Shown: positions 25,473 to 33,590, counted from the first letter of the stretch. The stretch: 44,140 nt of DNA from an uncultured Bdellovibrionales bacterium (GCA_964415155.1 CAYPZY010000001.1:1-44140); one strand, 5' to 3'. Notes: a model not told the origin generated them from the letters alone. Program-made: numbers and translations.

Positions 25473-25842
25473 TTTGTTTTTCCTTTCGTTCTTCTTCTTG
25501 AAGTTTTAAAAATAACATCCAAATACGATCTCTTTCTTGTTTAAGAACTGTGAGCGCATGTTTCACGCCCGCATTAAACGCCATATTTTCGCCGTAAGAA
25601 TTACTCTGAAAAACTCCAGCCGGAGGAGGCCTGTAAGCGGTCGATAAAATCTTAATCATCTCCGCATTCTCCAATTCCAAGTAAACCTTAAACGCAGCAT
25701 CCTCTCGAAGATGCACTGTCGCTTGCGCCCAACGGCTCTCGCCTTCAGTGATACGAAGGGCTGGGTTCTTTACTTCCTTTTTCTTAAAGGCGCTTTTCCT
25801 TGCCTCTTCCCGGCGCGCCTCTAATTCTTCCGCATAGCTCAT
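25465..25842 (-). CDS. hypothetical head-module protein (125 aa)
   Basis: ORF starting 3 nt after the portal stop. Confidence 0.5.
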   Translation of the reverse strand: MSYAEELEARREEARKSAFKKKEVKNPALRITEGESRWAQATVHLREDAAFKVYLELENAEMIKILSTAYRPPPAGVFQSNSYGENMAFNAGVKHALTVLKQERDRIWMLFLKLQEEERKEKQNG

Positions 25843-25844
25843 AA

Positions 25845-28172
25845 TTATTCTCCTTCTGGGTTAGGTGGTTCTTCCTCTCCCCCTTGCCCGCCGCCCCCTC
25901 CGGGGGCCTCCTGTGGGGCCTGGGGATTGATTTCAATATTATTGCCTTGCTGACCTAGAGTAGGGGACTGATTCTCCCCTGTCGGATTCGTGACATTTTG
26001 AGGTCGGTTAATTGTGGCTAAAAACCTTTGATGTTCACCAATCGCCCAATCCAAAACAGCCATAGCGTTGGAATTTACCATTCCATGCTCAGACTCAATC
26101 TGAGCCTGATCGGAATTTTTAATCTCCGTAAATTTGCCGATCTTCATTTGATGTTCTGGATCATTCAAAATGATCGGCGGTTTTAAGCCTTGCATAATCA
26201 AAAGTAGTTCAGCCTGAATAGGCATGGCAGGCATATCGTCCGGCTTTGTAATGAATTTATAGATTTGTTGTTTACCCATCTTACGAAGTAATTCATCGTA
26301 GATCGCGTAAACGTTATGAGGACGCACAACCCCTGTATTGAGTCCAATGGGCTGAAGAAGAAACTGAGCAGCGACTTGCGCGTTGCGCATCTGACCCTCA
26401 CGGTTCATGGTCTGAGAATTAGCGTAAATACCAAAATGGACTCGCCCACGCACCTCTGCCTTATTCAAAGTTTCATACGTGATCTCACCATTCTCATTGC
26501 GTAACGGTATTCCATCTTCGCCGATGACTGTAATCTTTAAACTCTCCGGCATTTGAGCCATCGAGTCATAATAAAGCCCCTCGAACAATGCGCTCACACA
26601 CTGCTTCGCGCGGGTTACGAGTGGGTCCAAATTCACGTCAGTCTGCCCCAAAACATCCCTGACTCCCTGCGCAGACCGAAGGGGACCCACTGTTGGCCCG
26701 ACCTGACCCGAACTTAAAGGTCCTAAAGAAGTTGATTGATAAGCAAAACTTAATAGAGTGGATTGTAACCCGGCACTCCAGTTTGGATTTGTGCGCCATT
26801 CAAAAAATCGAATATCATTATTCGGATCATCACATTTGATACCCAATCCCGGTTCAATTCGTACCTCACCCGGATCAAAGTTCGATCCCCCACGATAACC
26901 GAACATGGGTTGATTCGCCAGCAAACCAGCGTCAATTGATTGATTAACCAACATATCTAAAGCTTCACTTAAAGAATATTGAGTCTCCACAACACCGCGA
27001 CCAAGGCTTCTTCGCGGGCGGCGATAAAGATGAGCCATGTGAAGTGGTAATTTTCCGGTGCTTGATTCACGATCTAGAAAAGTCCAGCGTGCTAATTTTC
27101 TTGTATTGGTATTAACGAAATAAATTAAATGATCGCAAATTCTTGAAGTGCTTTTCAGCGGAGTCTTGTCATACACGCAAAGAAACTCATAAACATCTTC
27201 ATCGCCCTGCGCGTTTTGCGTATCCACTCCGCTCGCCCTATCACGCACCCGCTCTACATTTGCAGCACCTCTAGAACCTGCTGTAGAGAAATTCCGCTTC
27301 ACAGGTTTCGTTGCCAAAATTTCATTTACCACATCTTCATCGAAGAATTGACTTTGACTAAATTGAATAAGCTGGCTTGGTGTAAAATAACAAACCTTCA
27401 TGACTGTTTCGTGAAGATCTAAGTTGGTGGAGTCTGCCACATAACCTTTAAACAAAACATAAAGCGGATCTTCTGCGATAACTATGGGACCATTAAATAC
27501 TGTACGGACAATTGATTTTTCCACATAAGGAAGTTTTAAAATTTGCTTCGACATCTCCGCAAAATCTTTTTCTTCGGTGTCTTCCAACATCTTAATCAAA
27601 TCACGCCGCATCGCCATGAACTCACGATTCTCTTCCACCACCACCGCGCGCCGCTGATCCACGCACCACGCCCTTGAGAAGATGCCAACCCCTAAAGTAG
27701 AGAGGTCCCACGCCCAATCGTCAATCGCGTTATAGATGCCGTTGTTATAATTCGCATAGCGCATCAAAATATATTTCATCAATAATTCTATTTTTTGAAT
27801 TCGTGCAGAATCGAGCTCTTCTTGCGGCTCAATAAAAAACCAAGGGTAAGAAAAGAAGACCGCCTGCAAAATTCTCGCGTGCATATTATTGCATTGGATT
27901 TCAGGCAGCGGCATGTGGAGATTCGACGACCCATCCCACAACCCGCGCCGAATGGGAGTTAGATAATCGTCAAAACCAATATAAAATTCTTCCACTCGGT
28001 CGATCCAATTGAAACGGTCAATAGTAAATTGGTCGAATTTCTTCATCGCACGATCAACCAAAAAATCGGTATCTACCGGCAAGTCCGGGATGCGGTAAAC
28101 AGGGTCAACCGGGCGATGGATAATGGGATCATTATATTTAATAATTTTTTGATCGGAGGTATTAATTGGCAT
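25845..28172 (-). CDS. portal protein candidate (775 aa from ATG 28172; ORF open to 28229)
   Basis: Large ORF immediately after TerL. A GAGGAAA SD precedes ATG 28172, and the overlap with the terL stop is 11 nt. The tail is acidic and Gly-rich (PGGGGGQGGEEE). Confidence 0.6.
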   Translation of the reverse strand: MPINTSDQKIIKYNDPIIHRPVDPVYRIPDLPVDTDFLVDRAMKKFDQFTIDRFNWIDRVEEFYIGFDDYLTPIRRGLWDGSSNLHMPLPEIQCNNMHARILQAVFFSYPWFFIEPQEELDSARIQKIELLMKYILMRYANYNNGIYNAIDDWAWDLSTLGVGIFSRAWCVDQRRAVVVEENREFMAMRRDLIKMLEDTEEKDFAEMSKQILKLPYVEKSIVRTVFNGPIVIAEDPLYVLFKGYVADSTNLDLHETVMKVCYFTPSQLIQFSQSQFFDEDVVNEILATKPVKRNFSTAGSRGAANVERVRDRASGVDTQNAQGDEDVYEFLCVYDKTPLKSTSRICDHLIYFVNTNTRKLARWTFLDRESSTGKLPLHMAHLYRRPRRSLGRGVVETQYSLSEALDMLVNQSIDAGLLANQPMFGYRGGSNFDPGEVRIEPGLGIKCDDPNNDIRFFEWRTNPNWSAGLQSTLLSFAYQSTSLGPLSSGQVGPTVGPLRSAQGVRDVLGQTDVNLDPLVTRAKQCVSALFEGLYYDSMAQMPESLKITVIGEDGIPLRNENGEITYETLNKAEVRGRVHFGIYANSQTMNREGQMRNAQVAAQFLLQPIGLNTGVVRPHNVYAIYDELLRKMGKQQIYKFITKPDDMPAMPIQAELLLIMQGLKPPIILNDPEHQMKIGKFTEIKNSDQAQIESEHGMVNSNAMAVLDWAIGEHQRFLATINRPQNVTNPTGENQSPTLGQQGNNIEINPQAPQEAPGGGGGQGGEEEPPNPEGE

Positions 28173-29709
28173 AATAAAAATTTCCTCTTCCTGTTCTTTG
28201 GTATGGGTTTTGTCTTTGGTAAGCACCATTGTAGGTACGCATCATCGCTGCACTCTGGGCGGGCGTTTCAAAACGGGGAGCCTTGGTCTCAATATAACGA
28301 TCACAGTCAATCAGATCGTTCGACTTCGCGATCGGTTTCACCTCATCGCCCTGCACCGTCTTCTTGGGCCATTGGTAATGGACAAGCTCTTTCTTGTACT
28401 CCACGCAATTCTTAAACACGTATTGCTGCACTCTAGACTCGCCCTTCTCATCCTTGACCACCCGATAAAGATCGCGCAATTTTCGAATACCCGCATGCAA
28501 CCAATCTCTCTTGCCCGCCATCTGCGGCATAAGGTGCTCACCGCACTCGCGCAAATAGCGTCGCAGCTCATCGTATTGATTTATTTTAAAATGGAGATCT
28601 TTTTGATTTAAAGAAGTATCCGAGACAGAGCAGACCACTTCAGCGCCCTCGGAGCGAAGGTCTTCTCTCACGAGGGAAATTTCCCTCGCAAATTCAGCCA
28701 TTCCGCCATCAAACTTCAACTCGCGCACCACATACCGCTCATTGCGTTCATTAATCGCTTTCCACAACACGGCATGCGCTTTGCCAGGATGCGGATCAAT
28801 CCCCTCATAAATCGAAAAATCTGCGCCCAGTTTAAACGGATTCACGTCGTGGACGAACGAATCGTAGGTGTCTATCACTAACCCCTCAAGCTTACGGAAC
28901 TTGCCGTAGAATCGAACCTCGCGCTCCGCAGGGGTCATTTCATCGAAGTAGAGTTTTCGAATCTCCGGGGGAACGAAGATATTATCGTCCATTGTGCCAT
29001 CAAAACATTGTACATACTTTTTCTTGCCCGTTAAGCCCGGTTCCCATAAATCATCAAATAACCACGGTTCGGACAGCGGCGTTGCCGTGATCCAAATTAT
29101 GCCAGCAAAATCCACGATACCGCGGAAATTAGCAATGTACAGCTCGCGTGGCGGCGGTTCATCAAACGCCACATAGTGCCAATTAGACCCCTCAGCCTTG
29201 GCAATCGATTGATCGTAGGTACCGAATCTTATCTCGGAGCCATTAGCGAAGTTTAAGCCTACCAATTGCCCATTGTTATTTAAATGCCTGCCCCGCTTCT
29301 TCGCCAAGTATTTCTCCGGCAACCATTCATCAATCTTCTTCGCAAAGGTTTCCATGAGCATGGAGTACGACTCCGAGTAAATCTTCCCACGGTTGGGTAC
29401 GGGGATCTTCTTATGTGGATGAATGCCCAGGGCAATTTGAAACGCTTCTAATGCCGAAGCAGTTGTCTTGCCCCAGCGATTGCCTGTCACGACAATGCGC
29501 ACCGTGGCGTTGGAACGATGGAATGCCTCTTGACCATCGTAGACGCCTGGAGGTGGGTTAGGGTCTCGCGAATATTTGCCGTTGTGTGGGGTGTAGGATA
29601 AAAGTTTGGAGTCCGACCATGCTTGCTCTTGCTCCGTACAAAGCTTGATTAAAGCAATCAAGTCCTCTTTATTGGAGGGCAGCGACTCTGTGGTGGTCGG
29701 TTCAGTCAT
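28162..29709 (-). CDS. terL: terminase large subunit
   Basis: Walker A VVTGNRWGKTT and Walker B HYVAFDEPP. ATG 29709 forms an ATGACTGA overlap with the upstream stop. The longer 29787 start lies inside the upstream gene. Confidence 0.8.
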   Translation of the reverse strand: MTEPTTTESLPSNKEDLIALIKLCTEQEQAWSDSKLLSYTPHNGKYSRDPNPPPGVYDGQEAFHRSNATVRIVVTGNRWGKTTASALEAFQIALGIHPHKKIPVPNRGKIYSESYSMLMETFAKKIDEWLPEKYLAKKRGRHLNNNGQLVGLNFANGSEIRFGTYDQSIAKAEGSNWHYVAFDEPPPRELYIANFRGIVDFAGIIWITATPLSEPWLFDDLWEPGLTGKKKYVQCFDGTMDDNIFVPPEIRKLYFDEMTPAEREVRFYGKFRKLEGLVIDTYDSFVHDVNPFKLGADFSIYEGIDPHPGKAHAVLWKAINERNERYVVRELKFDGGMAEFAREISLVREDLRSEGAEVVCSVSDTSLNQKDLHFKINQYDELRRYLRECGEHLMPQMAGKRDWLHAGIRKLRDLYRVVKDEKGESRVQQYVFKNCVEYKKELVHYQWPKKTVQGDEVKPIAKSNDLIDCDRYIETKAPRFETPAQSAAMMRTYNGAYQRQNPYQRTGRGNFYYAN

Positions 29710-30223
29710 TGGACTCCTCTTCGGTGGTGGACATGGGGATCGCCTGGGGCGATTCGGTGGATGTTTGAGACTGAAGATCTTCCTCAAACTCCCCTTCGAG
29801 GACCTCTCCCGACTGATCTTCCTTCATGGCACTCAAAAGCTTCTGCACATCAAAATTCGGGTTCAAATGCTTTAAACTGCGGATCTTCGATAAAAGAATG
29901 GCGACCAATTGATTCTCCGGAAGTTTCTGGTACTCCATCGTGTGCTCAATCTTACTCACCACCCCATGCCCAGACTGACCCAACAAAAACGCACAAGCAT
30001 TATAAGAAACCGAGTCCGACTTGCTAAACGCCAACTCCATCATGCGGTGCTGCACGTCGGGGAGCGTGATTGTCTTCATCTTATCAATGTTACGCTCTTG
30101 ATAAGGACCCTCCAGCGCACGGCGCCAATCAAAGGTGTCCGCATAATCCTCGCTGTGGGAATCATGGACTTCCTTACCCTCCGGTTCCTCATACCAATCT
30201 TTGCAAAGTGAATCGTGACCCAT
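29702..30223 (-). CDS. small terminase subunit candidate (173 aa)
   Basis: Positional evidence only: it is the first gene of the late arm and is translationally coupled to terL. Confidence 0.35.
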   Translation of the reverse strand: MGHDSLCKDWYEEPEGKEVHDSHSEDYADTFDWRRALEGPYQERNIDKMKTITLPDVQHRMMELAFSKSDSVSYNACAFLLGQSGHGVVSKIEHTMEYQKLPENQLVAILLSKIRSLKHLNPNFDVQKLLSAMKEDQSGEVLEGEFEEDLQSQTSTESPQAIPMSTTEEESND

Positions 30224-30251
30224 AAGAACTTTGACTTAACTTGAATAGATT

Positions 30252-30279
30252 TAATTAAATATAATTATGTTTAATTTTA
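30252..30279 (-). promoter_or_regulatory. Second copy of the conserved AT-rich 28-nt motif, upstream of the terminase operon
   Basis: TAATTAAATATAATTATGTTTAATTTTA matches 24522-24549 at 26/28 positions. Partial copies lie at 30631-30646 and 30671-30683. Confidence 0.4.
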
Positions 30280-30848
30280 TTTAAAGTAAATACAATTTAT
30301 ACTTAATTATGTAACATTGTGCATAAAAAGTCTATTATATTTTTAAATATGTTTATTTGTTTGTGTTTAAATAAATGAGATGAATGACGGGGTTTGGGTG
30401 GGGGAGAATATGTTGTGAGGTTGGGTTGTGGTACGCTGTTACACGACTACGCTGTATTGCAGCGATGCCGGGCTTTGAGAGATTTATTTAAATAGAAGTG
30501 TTAATGTGAAGTTTGCGGCCTTAATGGGTAGGCATACCTCCCGGCGCGTCGACTCGGCCCAACCCCCTCCGCGTCAACCGAAACGAAGGTCGCTGCCATG
30601 CCGCGGTGCGCGACGCTGCAATGTTATGTATAATTATGCTTAATTAATATTAATTTAGTATTGTTATTATTAATTAAATATAACTACACCTATGTTTTCT
30701 TGCGGTCCGATATGCACTTTGTGAGTGGTCGCGGTCCAGCGTTGCAGGTTACAAGGTTCGCATAACATGTAGTATGTAACATTCTTGCGTAAGTGCTTGA
30801 TTTTGCGTTGATCGAAAAAAGTTATCCACAAGTGAAATAAATATTTGA

Positions 30849-31365
30849 AAAAGTGTGGTAGTGGCACGTGGTTTGCATTACCACACTTTTCGGTCATTTT
30901 GGTTACACTAAATTCACTTTATTTTTCGGAAGTTTAACTATAAGTTTTTTCAATTCTGTGGTCCTTATATATATAGGAAAGTTTTATAATATAATTATAT
31001 TATATTATGTACAGAATTTTATGACCATATATATATGGTCATTTTCAGCAAATTATAAAACTTTCATAGATTAGAAATCGAAGGACCACACTTCTGAAAA
31101 AACTTATAGTTAACTATATGATAAATAAGGGGAAAAAAGTGTAACTTTTTTTCCGTGCCAAACTTATAAGTGCTTGAAATATAAAGAGAAGCTAAAAATA
31201 GCATTTTGGTTACACCGCTGCGCCGCACTACCACACTTTGAAAAAACTTATAGTTAAACACATGACAAATAAAGAGAATTTAGTGTAACTTTTTTAAGGC
31301 CAATATTTACAAATACTTGAAATCTAAGTGTTTTATTTTTAATAAAAAAACCGCAACGCCGCGAT
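30849..31365. repeat. Iteron-like repeat scaffold (candidate origin / divergent control region)
   Basis: ACCACACTT occurs four times, plus one variant. The 19-22-nt core TGAAAAAACTTATAGTTAA occurs three times, once inverted. Two tandem units of about 144 nt lie at 31084-31228 and 31229-31365. A 12-bp inverted repeat lies at 30849-30860 / 30879-30890. Confidence 0.85.
31021..31042. repeat. Perfect 22-bp palindrome ATGACCATATATATATGGTCAT at the symmetry centre
   Basis: The sequence is self-complementary. It is flanked by a 14-bp inverted repeat (30977-30990 / 31052-31065) and a second (TA)n tract at 30966-30975. Confidence 0.9.
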
Positions 31366-31461
31366 GCCGCGTCAAGCAAAATCGTATTCTGTACAAAATA
31401 TATTTTTTTATGAGGTGTACACACCCCAATTTATAGCCATAAATTATGTACAGAATATTTT

Positions 31462-31499
31462 ATTTTGTACATAATTTTTTATTTTGTACATAATTTTTT
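31462..31499. repeat. Two perfect tandem 19-nt units ATTTTGTACATAATTTTTT
   Basis: Direct reading shows 31462-31480 equals 31481-31499. The units are part of a TGTACA hexamer cluster. Confidence 0.9.
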
Positions 31500-31512
31500 A
31501 TTAGGGTAAAAT
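31484..31512 (+). promoter_or_regulatory. sigma70-like promoter candidate (TTGTAC-17-TAAAAT)
   Basis: The hexamers lie at 31484-31489 and 31507-31512. A sister candidate, TTGTAC-18-CATAAT, starts at 31465. The AT-rich context makes false positives likely. Confidence 0.3.
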
Positions 31513-31651
31513 TATACCCACCTATCTATCAAAATCCCCTTACCATTATTATATCCACCATTAAAAAAACTTTTCCAACCTTTATCACCCCCGACACCCC
31601 CCAAACAGATTTAATAAATCTAAATTATTTTATTTAAATATATTTTTTTAG

Positions 31652-31680
31652 TTGACATTATATTTAAAAAGATTTACAAA
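31652..31680 (+). promoter_or_regulatory. sigma70-like early promoter candidate (TTGACA-17-TACAAA)
   Basis: A perfect -35 hexamer at 31652-31657 is followed by a 17-nt spacer and TACAAA at 31675-31680. An A/T-rich UP-like tract lies upstream. The site is about 100 nt before the first early gene. Confidence 0.4.
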
Positions 31681-31783
31681 TTCTTTATCGTCGCAATACC
31701 GCGACGCTGCAAAATTCAAAACGCAAAGCAGTAACACGCAACATACAAAACTAAACCGCGCAAAGCGCAAAGGAGAAAAACAC

Positions 31784-32044
31784 ATGACGCAAATCAATTC
31801 AAATTACGGTCGCATTAAGGCATGGCCGGGCGAAGCCCCTACCCAAACATCCATCAATCGATCAGAGGTGAGTCGAGCATTGGCGAAGGCAATTGCTTAT
31901 AAGAACTGCGGAAAAGATTTAGAGGCGATGGAATGGGCGAGGAAGTTAGTGATTCAATTGCAGTGTGCGGACATCCTCGGTGAAGACCAAGATTTCGTAG
32001 ACAAATCCTCAATGGCCGATCGAATGGGGGTGTCTCATGTCTAA
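31784..32044 (+). CDS. first early protein (86 aa), hypothetical
   Basis: AAGGAGA SD at 31770-31776 precedes ATG 31784. The TTG at 31652 in the ORF track is the -35 hexamer. Confidence 0.6.
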   Translation: MTQINSNYGRIKAWPGEAPTQTSINRSEVSRALAKAIAYKNCGKDLEAMEWARKLVIQLQCADILGEDQDFVDKSSMADRMGVSHV

Positions 32045-32921
32045 AGAAATCTACGAGCAAATTACTAATACCTTTCTTGCTGCCTTAGAAGAGGAGCGAA
32101 TTCCTTGGCGCAAACCGTGGAGCGCGGGGCCGCGAAACTTCAGTACAGGCTCCGAGTACCACGGAATAAACTTTTGGTTGTTATCGATGATAGCCGAGAA
32201 GAATCAATGGCCCAATAGGTGGGCCACGTTTAACCAGGTGAAGGGTTTAGATGGCTCTATTGTGGCGGGCTCGAAGGGAACTCGGATTTACTTCTGGAAG
32301 CCTTTGAAGATTAAGGGGAAGGGGACCAAAACCGAAGGTGGGGAGAGCACCCAAGAGAAGTATCGAACGATACCCTTGCTTAAGACCTTCACGGTGTTCA
32401 ACCTTGCGCAATGCAGCGGACTCCCCCTAAAAGTGACCGAAAGCACCCAAAAGGTTGAACCAAGTTTAGAAGCGGATCAAATTACCACCGCCTATTGCGA
32501 ACGAGAAGGCCTCAAGGTTGAGACTTCTCATCGTGCTGCCTATTCACCCTCAAAGGACCTCATTTATATGCCTGACGTGGGAGCATTTACGGAGCGCGCG
32601 GAGTATTACTCCACTTTCTTTCATGAGCTTGTGCATTCGACCGGGCACGGAGCTCGTCTTTCACGGGAGGGGATAGTGGAGACGCATTACTTTGGGGATG
32701 AGACGTACTCGAAGGAGGAATTGATTGCGGAAATGGGTGCCTCGTTTCTTTGCAGCAAAGCGGCGGTGTCGTCTCCCCAGTCGTTCGCAAATTCGAAGGC
32801 GTACATTCAGGGCTGGATCAGCGCGTTAAAGAATGACCCGAAGTTGCTGATGCAAGCGGCGAGCAAAGCGCAGCGCGCGGCGGACTATGTGCTGAATGGG
32901 AAAGGGGAGGTGCAATCATGA
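32037..32921 (+). CDS. ardC: ArdC-like antirestriction protein (N-terminal ssDNA-binding domain plus zincin HExxH domain)
   Basis: The N-terminal IPWRKPW ... YHGINFWLL and C-terminal FFHELVHSTGHGARLSRE closely match the ArdC family pattern. Confidence 0.75.
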   Translation: MSKEIYEQITNTFLAALEEERIPWRKPWSAGPRNFSTGSEYHGINFWLLSMIAEKNQWPNRWATFNQVKGLDGSIVAGSKGTRIYFWKPLKIKGKGTKTEGGESTQEKYRTIPLLKTFTVFNLAQCSGLPLKVTESTQKVEPSLEADQITTAYCEREGLKVETSHRAAYSPSKDLIYMPDVGAFTERAEYYSTFFHELVHSTGHGARLSREGIVETHYFGDETYSKEELIAEMGASFLCSKAAVSSPQSFANSKAYIQGWISALKNDPKLLMQAASKAQRAADYVLNGKGEVQS

Positions 32922-33244
32922 CATTTAAGATAATGGGTCGCTGGTTAATGCAACCCTCGATTCGTCAAATCATCCTCTACATTGCGCGCTACTCAAGGGA
33001 TTTGAGTACTTCGGAGTTGATCCGAAATTCATTAAAACTTCAGAGAAATTTGTATGCGTGCATGATGACCTTTGAAACACCGTTCAATGATCCTGAAAAG
33101 AAAGCAGAGGTGCAAAGGTTATTTAAAAAAATATGGGATTCGGCACCCGTGATTGAGAAGGAATTCTTTCTTGAAAGATTTTTTAAACATTTAAATAAAA
33201 AGAAAACTAAAAGGAGCAAAACATATGCAAATAAAATTATTTGA
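32918..33244 (+). CDS. hypothetical protein (108 aa)
   Basis: ATGA overlap with the ardC stop. Confidence 0.5.
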   Translation: MTFKIMGRWLMQPSIRQIILYIARYSRDLSTSELIRNSLKLQRNLYACMMTFETPFNDPEKKAEVQRLFKKIWDSAPVIEKEFFLERFFKHLNKKKTKRSKTYANKII

Positions 33245-33590
33245 AGTGAGGGATAGGTCAACGTTTATGCCCTGCATGGTGATTAAGCTGGGGTTCAAGG
33301 GCGAAGCCGAGGCGTGGTTACTCCGGCGGGCGGGATATGGCCCGGACTATCGAATCTTTGATGAAGCGAGGGAAGGGTTCTTTTTGTTTCACCCGTTAGA
33401 GACGAATAGAATTGAATGGGACTATTGTGCTTGGGAGGGTCGGACACTGCCGACGGTGCATGGATACGTGAAGTCGAATTGGGATACGCTGCAAAGCGGT
33501 GACATCTTAGACGTTGAATTCATCCTCGGTGAAACGTCTGTGAAGAAGGAGACCGAGCGCGGTCATGACGGGGAGGGACCCCATGCTTAA
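33225..33590 (+). CDS. hypothetical protein (121 aa)
   Basis: AAGGAG SD at 33211-33216. Confidence 0.6.
   Translation: MQIKLFEVRDRSTFMPCMVIKLGFKGEAEAWLLRRAGYGPDYRIFDEAREGFFLFHPLETNRIEWDYCAWEGRTLPTVHGYVKSNWDTLQSGDILDVEFILGETSVKKETERGHDGEGPHA

Noticed and set aside
28173-28229. Longer N-terminal extensions of portal (to 28229) and TerL (29710-29787)
   Set aside because: Both extensions lie deep inside the upstream genes. The internal ATGs at 28172 and 29709 give the short stop/start overlaps seen throughout this operon, and the portal one has a GAGGAAA SD. The longer forms cannot be excluded without data.
30389-30425. G-quadruplex in the C-free G-rich tract
   Set aside because: Only three closely spaced G3+ runs are present (30389-30392, 30396-30398, 30400-30404). 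The fourth (30423-30425) needs an 18-nt loop, so a stable G4 is doubtful.
30609-30621. Exact 13-mer CGCGACGCTGCAA repeated at 31700-31712
   Set aside because: By a rough N-squared over 4^13 estimate, on the order of ten exact 13-mer coincidences are expected by chance in 44 kb. It is not significant on its own, although both copies flank the control region.
30380-30640. tRNA or other canonical RNA gene in the GC-rich island and other gaps
   Set aside because: I could not fold a cloverleaf or find a GTTCGAATC-type T-loop with a matching acceptor stem. This needs tRNAscan-SE/Infernal to settle, so it is not reported as a feature.
30670-30897. 75-aa minus-strand ORF inside the control region
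   Set aside because: No SD precedes the ATG. Its 5' end runs through the ACCACACTT inverted-repeat elements. The composition is odd, rich in Cys, His, Trp and Phe. It is more likely a chance ORF in regulatory DNA.
30868-31261. ORFs 30868-31074 (+) and 31064-31261 (-) across the repeat core
   Set aside because: Both are translated from palindromes, TA tracts and repeated units. They have no ribosome-binding sites, and their low-complexity Phe/Ile/Tyr/Lys composition is typical of AT-rich non-coding DNA.
31084-31365. Possible CRISPR array
   Set aside because: There are only two direct units (plus one inverted). The units are about 144 nt long and imperfect, have no short repeat/spacer periodicity, and no cas genes are present.
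31652-31783. N-terminal extension of the first early gene from a TTG at 31652
   Set aside because: That TTG is the first half of a perfect TTGACA -35 hexamer. A good AAGGAGA SD precedes the internal ATG at 31784.
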